From NCBI GenBank assembly GCA_965546615.1, contig CBEUVQ010000005.1:9272-73271 (forward strand): a DNA stretch of 64,000 bases, in the 5' to 3' direction. This DNA is from an uncultured Peptococcaceae bacterium (GTDB lineage: Bacteria; Bacillota; Desulfotomaculia; Desulfotomaculales; Desulfohalotomaculaceae). Shown piece after piece: positions 38,121 through 45,339 of this stretch; within the stretch, counting starts at the first letter, position 1, and each line of letters opens with the position of its first letter. The translations under genes were made by a program, and so were the position numbers. A model generated the notes under the pieces. The model saw only the letters and a list, made by a program, of their open reading frames with translations. It ran no database searches and was not told the origin of the DNA.

Positions 38121-38146
38121 AAAAAAAGACGCGTATAACGCGCCCC
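38121..38146 (-). terminator. intrinsic terminator after gerW/ytfJ
   Basis: GGCGCG-TTATA-CGCGTC is followed by TTTTTTT on the minus strand. Confidence 0.7.
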
Positions 38147-38162
38147 TTTGGAAAATGCATCA

Positions 38163-38588
38163 TTACATCGCAGTCATATTGCTGCTTTCGGAATTCTTAT
38201 TTTTGTCTTTGCCGCACATCGCCTGCATTTTATCAATGATGATCGGCAGCATATCAATCAAGCGGTCAAACATTGCATTATTATCAACCGGCAGCAATCT
38301 GATTTGACCATTGCCAACCACTAAAAATCCCATCGGCTGCACCGACACCCCCGCACCGCTGCCACCACCAAAAGGAGTGGCCTGTTCCTCATCTTTATCC
38401 CGGTTCATTTGATAATCTCCACCGCCGGCGGCAAAACCGCAGGCCACGCGGGATATCGGAATGATTACTGTGCCGTCCGGGGTTTCAACAGCATCGCCGA
38501 CAACGGTATTAACGTCTACCATTTCCTTTATACTTTCCATTGCAGTTTTCATCAAACCTTCAATAGGATGATCACTCAAAGCATTCAC
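38163..38588 (-). CDS. GerW (YtfJ) family sporulation protein
   Basis: PIEGLMKTAMESIKEMVDVNTVVGDAVETPDGTVIIPISRV and glycine-rich GGGSGAG segments are characteristic of YtfJ/GerW. Confidence 0.87.
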   Translation of the reverse strand: MNALSDHPIEGLMKTAMESIKEMVDVNTVVGDAVETPDGTVIIPISRVACGFAAGGGDYQMNRDKDEEQATPFGGGSGAGVSVQPMGFLVVGNGQIRLLPVDNNAMFDRLIDMLPIIIDKMQAMCGKDKNKNSESSNMTAM

Positions 38589-38620
38589 TCCCTATCTGAT
38601 CCATTCAAAATTATAATCAT

Positions 38621-38648
38621 AATATTTCCAATCTTTTTTTAAATATGC
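38621..38648 (-). promoter_or_regulatory. sigma-F type forespore promoter candidate for gerW/ytfJ
   Basis: The minus strand reads GCATA-N14-GGAAATATT, close to the B. subtilis sigma-F pattern GCATR-N15-GGnnAnAnT. ytfJ is sigma-F dependent in B. subtilis. Confidence 0.4.
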
Positions 38649-38672
38649 AGATACAGATAGGTTATAAATGAA

Positions 38673-39791
38673 TTACTTAATATCGGCAGTAGTATTTACT
38701 TCATTGTTTTGATCCACCGTTACTTTTGCTTTTAAAATGTTTTCAACAAAAGACAGCGGAACGTAAACGGTATTATTTTTTAATTCCGGAGCCGCTTCTA
38801 AGTCAAAGGACTCTTCTTGCGCAAAAACGCAGCTGTTTTCGCCAACTTTAATTTTTATCTGCTGATTATCTTTAATAAGCTCTATATTTCGATCACTATG
38901 CCATTTTACGGTATAACCCAATTTTTCGGCCGCTGTTCTTAGAGGAACCGTTTGAAGATGAGTTTCATCAGAAACTTTAACATCCTGCATTATGTCATCA
39001 AGAACAGTCAGCGGAATTTCAAATTCCGGTGTTCCTATATACCCGGGTGCAATAGAGTACTTAGGAAATACCATTACTAAGTTAGTGCCGTCCAGGTAAA
39101 AACTCTGATAGTCAGAAATTGTTTTAAAGCCCTCTTCTCCTTCAAAATAGTACACACCTTGTTTTTTCTGGAGCTCAATTTGTTTTTTTATTTCGCTGTT
39201 TATTGCCGTTTTGTAGTCGGCATCCGGTTTAAATAAATCTTTCAACTTCAGAAGCTTATTGTGAACAGTGTCTATATTGTAGCTGTCCACTCGTACATAA
39301 CCGGAATTACCGTATGAATAATAAGTATTAACTACAAATGACAAAATCCTGTCGTTGGATTTCAGCTCATAGTTAATCACCAGTGGATACGGTCGAAATT
39401 TCCAACCGTTTTTCTCTGCTTCCGCAGCAAACTCTTGGGCATCATGTTCAAGGTTATTAATATCTTTCAGCGCAAGATTTTTAATGGCGGAATTTAACTG
39501 CTCCTGCCACTGTTCATCTCTTAATCCGGAAATTTTGGGAATAGTTACTTCTGCATCAATTAATTTACTGTCACGGTTTATTTCTTCACCGGTTAGAGTT
39601 ATTTTGTTTTGTATCATGACAGGCGCAGAAGCAGGAACAGATTCAATGTTTTCGGCAGATTGCGCAGCAAAAGCTTGTCCATTAAAAAACATTACCCCTG
39701 ATAATACTAAACCGATAATTGTGTTGCGCTTGATAGCTACCACCCCTTTTTTAATAACTAATGATATTATAAAAAAATTTTGGAAAGACAT
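38673..39791 (-). CDS. DUF4163/DUF3298 protein with a C-terminal copper-amine-oxidase-N (stalk) domain
   Basis: A signal/anchor segment is present (IIGLVLSGVMFFNGQAFA). The DUF3298-type core ends in KYSIAPGYIGTPEFEIPL. The C-terminus VPLRTAAEKLGYTVKW...NTVYVPLSFV is a stalk domain. The start codon is uncertain. Confidence 0.7.
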   Translation of the reverse strand: MSFQNFFIISLVIKKGVVAIKRNTIIGLVLSGVMFFNGQAFAAQSAENIESVPASAPVMIQNKITLTGEEINRDSKLIDAEVTIPKISGLRDEQWQEQLNSAIKNLALKDINNLEHDAQEFAAEAEKNGWKFRPYPLVINYELKSNDRILSFVVNTYYSYGNSGYVRVDSYNIDTVHNKLLKLKDLFKPDADYKTAINSEIKKQIELQKKQGVYYFEGEEGFKTISDYQSFYLDGTNLVMVFPKYSIAPGYIGTPEFEIPLTVLDDIMQDVKVSDETHLQTVPLRTAAEKLGYTVKWHSDRNIELIKDNQQIKIKVGENSCVFAQEESFDLEAAPELKNNTVYVPLSFVENILKAKVTVDQNNEVNTTADIK

Positions 39792-39861
39792 GGTTACAAA
39801 ACAATTACAAAATAGTTACAACAAAATACCGGTTTAATATTATTAATAATCTACTGCAAAT

Positions 39862-40206
39862 ATGGAAATTTCGTATATTGTTGAATATATTGATATAAAA
39901 GGGGGGATTAGCTTGTCACAAAAGCCGAAAATTCTTAAAGTGCTGCACCTGTTGAATTATTTTGTAGGTATCGTTGTGGTTTTTTCCGCTTTATATCTAT
40001 ATTTCACTGAGAAATTATTAATACCGCTGTATATTGCATTGTCCATTATTATTGCCGGTCCTGTCGAATCACTGCTCAATGCCTTTATAAAAAACAATCT
40101 TTTTATAACAGAACGAGAGAAAAAATTGTATTTATCCTTAGTTGACAATCTCACCAGCTTAGCTTTCTTAATCTTTTTAGGTCTGGCTGTTTTTGCGGCA
40201 GTTTAA
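39862..40206 (+). CDS. hypothetical small membrane protein
   Basis: Three predicted TM segments. The probable true start is TTG 39913, after an AAGGGGGGA SD. It is convergent with the DUF2953 gene, stopping 4 nt from it. Confidence 0.45.
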   Translation: MEISYIVEYIDIKGGISLSQKPKILKVLHLLNYFVGIVVVFSALYLYFTEKLLIPLYIALSIIIAGPVESLLNAFIKNNLFITEREKKLYLSLVDNLTSLAFLIFLGLAVFAAV

Positions 40207-40209
40207 TAA

Positions 40210-40896
40210 CTACTTTTTATTAGGGATAACTAGTTTAATGCCGGTAAGTAAAATCCAATAATTCCTTACTTCAAACAAGCAGTCTAAATCAGTATAAAAC
40301 TCAGCGCATTTAAAATTTGGTTCAATATCTAAAACCGGTTTTTTGCCGGGTGGAATAATATATCTAAAAAGTATTGACAGCAGCACTGTTTTAAACATCC
40401 AAACAAATCCGGCGAGCAAACCGGTTGCTGCCGCATCACCGGTGCCAAATCTGGTGCGCCATTTAAAACGGCGGCAGTGAGTACGGCTCAGAAGATATTT
40501 TGCTGCCGGGGAAAAGCGATGATATAAATTCATCGCTTGTTCTGTTTTCTTTTTTAATTTATCAAAATCAAACGGAACAGTTAATGCAGTATCTAAATTT
40601 GTCAAGTTATCTTTTTTAGTCGGCATTCCGATCATGGTAGTGATAATGCGCCTCACTAATCCCCCTTGTTTTTTTGTCCTTCCGCCGATCTTTACTTTTA
40701 CACCTGATGGTTGGGCTTTTAAATCCACCGTAGTAAGCTCAACTTTAAAGGGGGGCAATCTCCATATCGCTAACTCCACCCTGATTACATCATCACAATT
40801 ATTCCGTTGATAACAAAATCTTATTTTTAAAGGCAAAGTAAGGATTGCCAACAACAGCAATACAGTTATTGTTCCGCAGATTAAAATAAACTGCAT
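40210..40896 (-). CDS. DUF2953 (YtfI-like) sporulation-associated protein
   Basis: An N-terminal TM segment is followed by the pattern LKIRFCYQRNNCDDVIRVELAIWRLP. This is typical of the YtfI family, which normally neighbours ytfJ. Confidence 0.7.
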   Translation of the reverse strand: MQFILICGTITVLLLLAILTLPLKIRFCYQRNNCDDVIRVELAIWRLPPFKVELTTVDLKAQPSGVKVKIGGRTKKQGGLVRRIITTMIGMPTKKDNLTNLDTALTVPFDFDKLKKKTEQAMNLYHRFSPAAKYLLSRTHCRRFKWRTRFGTGDAAATGLLAGFVWMFKTVLLSILFRYIIPPGKKPVLDIEPNFKCAEFYTDLDCLFEVRNYWILLTGIKLVIPNKK

Positions 40897-40957
40897 TGGT
40901 TTCCCCCTAAAAGAAAGTATATTAACTTATTTTTCCTTTTTTGGCAGCATATATGCA

Positions 40958-40988
40958 TAAAGAAAACTGAGGGCATCTCCACCCTCAG
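40958..40988 (-). terminator. intrinsic terminator after the lipoprotein gene
   Basis: CTGAGGG-loop-CCCTCAG is followed by TTTTCTTTATGC on the minus strand. Confidence 0.6.
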
Positions 40989-41002
40989 CATTGTGTGTTT
41001 GT

Positions 41003-41935
41003 TTATGGCTGCAGCAATTGACTTTCATCCTGGCCGGGTTCTCGGTCGGTGCTCTCTTTTTTTACAGGGGCTGTTTGCTGCTTCTGCGGTTGTAAGTACA
41101 CTGCCACTGACACCCGACCGGTTTCCGTTTGATCTTGGGTATTAATCAGTACCGCTTCCACAAAGCCCTGCTGCTGCTCAAGCGGCTCTGTAAAAGAAAT
41201 GGCAGCATCAAACCCGTCACCCGTTATTTCCACCGGCTTTTCCGCCAATACTTCTCCTTCTGCATTTTTCACCCGAACACGCAGATCACCGTTTAAAAAG
41301 CCTACTTGTCCGGTTATCTGCACCGGACTTTGCACCGCATCTCCCGGCATCGGATTGGTAATTCTGAGCACCGGGCCTTCGATCTCTTCCGGAAAATCCT
41401 GTTTTGGTTTTATCTGCACTTCTGCAGATGGATTTGTCCCATCACCCGATTTGCCGACCGGTTTATCATTTTTGCGGCTAAGTTGAAACCCTACCGCATT
41501 TGGGGTATTCTTCAAATCAAATTTGGCCACTACCGGCTCAGCCTCGTCAGAATCATCTCGGCTGTTTTCTTCAGCATAATTCAATTTTATATTTAACCAA
41601 GCATAGTCCTGCTCCGGAACACGCTGTTCAATTTTATCAATAGTCACCGCAGCATTTTTTTGAAAGGCTTCGGGAAAAACAATGATATAACCTTTACCGC
41701 CTACACTTGACCAAGTGATGAACTCTTGACTTTTGATATCCTGCATCAATTTCACTTTTTTCTTTACTACATCCGGTGCGTTTTCTAATTTTATCGTTTC
41801 AAAAGGAATATCGGATATTTCGGACACAACAGCAGATCGCTGTTCGGTATCAGGCTTTTTGGCGGCAGTGCAGGCATTTAAAACTAATGTCACAGCAGCA
41901 AACAGCAGCAGCAGATTGGCCGTTTTTTTTAACAA
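41003..41935 (-). CDS. lipoprotein with a Gmad2-type immunoglobulin-like domain
   Basis: A lipobox LVLNAC is present. The C-terminal segment ITNPMPGDAVQSPVQITGQVGFLNGDLRVRVKNAEGEVL resembles the Gmad2 domain. Confidence 0.6.
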   Translation of the reverse strand: MLKKTANLLLLFAAVTLVLNACTAAKKPDTEQRSAVVSEISDIPFETIKLENAPDVVKKKVKLMQDIKSQEFITWSSVGGKGYIIVFPEAFQKNAAVTIDKIEQRVPEQDYAWLNIKLNYAEENSRDDSDEAEPVVAKFDLKNTPNAVGFQLSRKNDKPVGKSGDGTNPSAEVQIKPKQDFPEEIEGPVLRITNPMPGDAVQSPVQITGQVGFLNGDLRVRVKNAEGEVLAEKPVEITGDGFDAAISFTEPLEQQQGFVEAVLINTQDQTETGRVSVAVYLQPQKQQTAPVKKESTDREPGQDESQLLQP

Positions 41936-42059
41936 AACAATTCACCCCCGTAATGATGCTGATGTTATTCTGCACGGGGGCTGATCATTTTTATTCTTCA
42001 GATGATTTAACAAAAATGTTATATTAACATTACACACAGCTAAAGAAAGGAAAAGTTAA

Positions 42060-42251
42060 ATGAAGTATTTACTGCTGACATTTTTAACATTAGGTATTGC
42101 AGGGGCAGCGTTAATGCTGGTACTGGCATTTAAAACAGCTGACAAAATCGACAAACTAATCTGCCCGCATTGCGGCAGTGAAAATGATGTACCGCAAAAT
42201 GTATCGGTGTATATTTGTTATCACTGCAAAGAAACTGTAAAGAAAAACTGA
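42060..42251 (+). CDS. small membrane-anchored zinc-ribbon protein (63 aa)
   Basis: A TM helix is followed by CPHCG...CYHC. An AAGGAAAAG SD precedes the start. Confidence 0.45.
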   Translation: MKYLLLTFLTLGIAGAALMLVLAFKTADKIDKLICPHCGSENDVPQNVSVYICYHCKETVKKN

Positions 42252-42326
42252 CATAGCTGACCGTCAAAACATTTAAACGGAACAAAGCAGCAAAGCCGCC
42301 CCATATCAAATTACTTGAATTAAACC

Positions 42327-42878
42327 TTAAAATTTATCATTTTCTTCTGTATCCGCAATAAATTGATCCAAATCCGGCAGTTCAGAGAGGTCTTTAAAAC
42401 CAAAGTGTTTTAAAAAAGCGTCGGTGGTACCGTATAAAACCGGGCGGCCGGGAGCGTCGCGGCGTCCTTTTTCTTCTACCAAGCCGCGCTCCAGCAGTGT
42501 GTTTAAACTGCTGTCTGATTTTACACCGCGAATTAAGTCCAGTTCCGCCCGGGTAACCGGTTGGCGATAAGCAATAATCGCCAGTGTTTCTAAAGCGGCT
42601 CTTGAAATAGATGAGCTGTTTTGCTTTTTATACAACCGCTCAATATAGGGAGCAAACTCCGGCTTAGTGGCCATCTGCCACCCTCCCGCCAACTCCACCA
42701 CCTGCAGGCCATGGCTGTTTTTTTGGTAATCCTGCTGCAGTTCTTTAAGCAATTCCAGCGCATCCTCTGTTTCTATCTCAGCCAAACGGCAAATATTAGC
42801 AAGCGGCAGTGGTTCGGGGGTGGCAAAAAGCAGTACTTCAATTATACTTTTGGTATGATTACGAAACATTACTGCCAT
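42327..42878 (-). CDS. scpB: segregation and condensation protein B
   Basis: IEVLLFATPEPL...SRAALETLAIIAYRQPVTRAELDLIRGV is the ScpB signature. Confidence 0.92.
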   Translation of the reverse strand: MAVMFRNHTKSIIEVLLFATPEPLPLANICRLAEIETEDALELLKELQQDYQKNSHGLQVVELAGGWQMATKPEFAPYIERLYKKQNSSSISRAALETLAIIAYRQPVTRAELDLIRGVKSDSSLNTLLERGLVEEKGRRDAPGRPVLYGTTDAFLKHFGFKDLSELPDLDQFIADTEENDKF

Positions 42879-43617
42879 GCTGAATTCCTTCTCCTTTAAC
42901 GGGCAGAATAACTATTTCTGCAAATTGCTGCTGTTGAATAAGTTCCACTTTGCCCTGATGTAAAAGCTCCAAAATTGCAAAAAACGTAACTGCAATCTCT
43001 GCTTTGCTTGCTTTTTGAGCAAAAACCGATTGAAAGGTCATCCCTTTGGGATGCAGCACCAAGCAGCGCAGAACTTCGGCCATTTTGTCTTCCACACTGA
43101 TTTCAGCCGCCCGCACCACCGGCGGTTTAACCTGTGCCGCCCTTTTCAACACCTGCTGCAGTGCATCTATCAACGTAAATATGTCAACCCCGGCCAGCGG
43201 TTTAGGTGGGCAAAACAGCGCTTGGTACATTTCTATATTGTTTTCTTTAGTGTAAATTTTACCATGAACCTGCTGGCGTTCTTTTAAAAACAGCGCCGCT
43301 TCTTTAAAACGCTTGTATTCTAAAAGCCGCTGAACCAGTTCTTGACGCGGGTCGGATTCTTCTTCGCTTAATTTTTCATCTAAGGCAGGTTTAGGCAGAA
43401 GTGTTCTTGCTTTGATGGCCAGTAATGTTGCAGCCATTACCAAAAACTCACTGGTTACTTCTAAATCCAGCTCGCGCAAGGTATCAAGATATTCCAAGTA
43501 CTGTGCGGTAATCGAAGCAATGGGAATATCTTGAATATCCAACTGCTCTTTTTCAATTAAGTGCAGCAGCAAATCAAGCGGACCTTCAAAGGCTTTCAAG
43601 CGCACTGTATAAGCCAT
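42859..43617 (-). CDS. scpA: segregation and condensation protein A
   Basis: FEGPLDLLLHLIEKEQLDIQDIPIASIT is the ScpA N-terminal signature. It overlaps the scpB start. Confidence 0.92.
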   Translation of the reverse strand: MAYTVRLKAFEGPLDLLLHLIEKEQLDIQDIPIASITAQYLEYLDTLRELDLEVTSEFLVMAATLLAIKARTLLPKPALDEKLSEEESDPRQELVQRLLEYKRFKEAALFLKERQQVHGKIYTKENNIEMYQALFCPPKPLAGVDIFTLIDALQQVLKRAAQVKPPVVRAAEISVEDKMAEVLRCLVLHPKGMTFQSVFAQKASKAEIAVTFFAILELLHQGKVELIQQQQFAEIVILPVKGEGIQHGSNVS

Positions 43618-43653
43618 TAAAACCCACCCTTCTTTTCATCTTGCCGGACTTTC

Positions 43654-43681
43654 AAAAGGGCGCAGCAATCTGCGCCCTTTT
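43654..43681. terminator. bidirectional intrinsic terminator after trpS
   Basis: AAAAGGGCGCAG-CAAT-CTGCGCCCTTTT forms a perfect stem with A- and T-runs. Confidence 0.85.
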
Positions 43682-43692
43682 ATCATTAACAG

Positions 43693-44685
43693 TTACTTTT
43701 TCAGTCCTGCCGCCTCCCGCACAAATTCCATCGTTTCCGCGGCAGCTTTTGACGCTCGCTTTGCTCCTTCCGCCAATACTTCATCGATATAGCCGGGACG
43801 CTTCAATACCTCATTCCGTCTTTCCCTTAACGGGGCTTGGTATTCTTCCAGAGTATCGATAAGGCGTTTTTTACACTGCACACAGCCGATTTCTCCTTTG
43901 CGGCACTGTTCGCGGATATCTTCATGCACGGCAGCGGCATAAATGCCGTGGTACTTATCAACAATGCATACATCAGGATTGCCGGGGTCTGTTTTTCTGA
44001 TTCTGCCCGGGTCGGTCACCATAGCATTAACCTGCTTTTTAATTTCCTGCGGATCAGCTGCAATATTAATGAAATTCAAGTAACTTTTACTCATTTTGCG
44101 GCCGTCCACACCGGGCAGCATTTTCACTTTGGAAAGCAGTGCCTGCGGCTCAGGGAAAACCTTTTGATCATACATAAAATTAAAGCGGCGGGCTACTTCC
44201 CGGCACAGTTCTAAGTGAGGTAATTGGTCTTCACCTACCGGTACCGCATTGGCTCGGTAAACTAAAATATCGGCCGCCTGCAGCAGCGGATAGCCTAAAA
44301 AGCCGTAAGTGTTGATGTCTTTGCCGAGTTTGCCCAACTGCTGCACTTGATCTTTATATGTAGGCACCCGCTCCAACCAAGACAGCGGAGTAATCATGGA
44401 AAACATTAAATGCAGCTCGGCATGCTGCGGCACCTGCGATTGAACAAAAATAACGCTTTTTTCCGGATCCAGGCCGGCAGCCAGCCAGTCTACAACCATT
44501 TCTCTGATATTGTCTTTAATCCCGGCAGTTTCCTCAAAGGATGTTGTCAGGGCATGCCAGTCGGCAATCATATAGTAGCACTGATATTCTTGCTGCAGTT
44601 TTACCCAATTTTCCAATACACTTAAATGTCCGATGTGCAGCCGACCGGTAGGGCGCATACCGCTTAAAATAACACCTTTTGACAT
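43693..44685 (-). CDS. trpS: tryptophan--tRNA ligase
   Basis: A HIGH motif (TGRLHIGH) and a KMSKS motif are present. 330 aa. Confidence 0.95.
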   Translation of the reverse strand: MSKGVILSGMRPTGRLHIGHLSVLENWVKLQQEYQCYYMIADWHALTTSFEETAGIKDNIREMVVDWLAAGLDPEKSVIFVQSQVPQHAELHLMFSMITPLSWLERVPTYKDQVQQLGKLGKDINTYGFLGYPLLQAADILVYRANAVPVGEDQLPHLELCREVARRFNFMYDQKVFPEPQALLSKVKMLPGVDGRKMSKSYLNFINIAADPQEIKKQVNAMVTDPGRIRKTDPGNPDVCIVDKYHGIYAAAVHEDIREQCRKGEIGCVQCKKRLIDTLEEYQAPLRERRNEVLKRPGYIDEVLAEGAKRASKAAAETMEFVREAAGLKK

Positions 44686-44700
44686 ATTTATCTCACCTTT

Positions 44701-45339
44701 CTAAAACAAAAATATACTGCTGCTAAAATTAACGATTAACTGCATTAATGCTAAAATTGGTGTGATGATTTTCCAAAGTATCGGGCTGAGAATGCCGGTA
44801 AACAACAACAACAGCAAAATAATAGTGCCGTACTGTTCCATATAGTCAAGCCAGCGCTGATCGCCCGGCAAAATTCCCGCCAATATTTTGCTGCCGTCCA
44901 GCGGCGGAATGGGCAGCAGGTTAAATACTGCCAGTATGACATTAATGGTAATCATTTTGCTTATAATATCAATCAGCGGCAGCGAGCCAAACGAGGCCAC
45001 CAAACCTGATAACAGAGCGGCAGCGACGGCAATGATGATGTTGCTTACCGGGCCGGCTAAAGACACCAGCATTAAACTCCGCCTCATGTTTCCTTTCAAA
45101 TTATAAGGTGTGACCGGCACCGGTTTAGCCCAGCCGAAACCGGCAAAAAACAGCATCAAAAAACCGATAGGATCGATATGAGCCAATGGGTTGACAGTTA
45201 ACCTGCCCATATAGCGGGCGGTAGGATCACCCAGCCTGTCGGCAGTCCACCCATGCGCCAGTTCGTGAAAAGTTAATCCGACAATGATTGCCGGTAATAA
45301 GACGCCAATTTCGTACGGTGTGGGAAAATTACCGAACAC
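44701..45339 (-). CDS. site-2 protease (M50) family protein
   Basis: The HELAH zinc motif (FHELAHGW) and a downstream LPIPPLDG motif are present. GTG 45339 has an AAGGAGAA SD located inside the end of the upstream gene. Confidence 0.8.
   Translation of the reverse strand: MFGNFPTPYEIGVLLPAIIVGLTFHELAHGWTADRLGDPTARYMGRLTVNPLAHIDPIGFLMLFFAGFGWAKPVPVTPYNLKGNMRRSLMLVSLAGPVSNIIIAVAAALLSGLVASFGSLPLIDIISKMITINVILAVFNLLPIPPLDGSKILAGILPGDQRWLDYMEQYGTIILLLLLFTGILSPILWKIITPILALMQLIVNFSSSIFLF

Noticed and set aside
44686-44700. A T-box leader upstream of trpS.
   Set aside because: Only 15 nt separate trpS from the upstream site-2 protease gene, so a leader of about 200 nt cannot fit. trpS is evidently co-transcribed with the two upstream genes.
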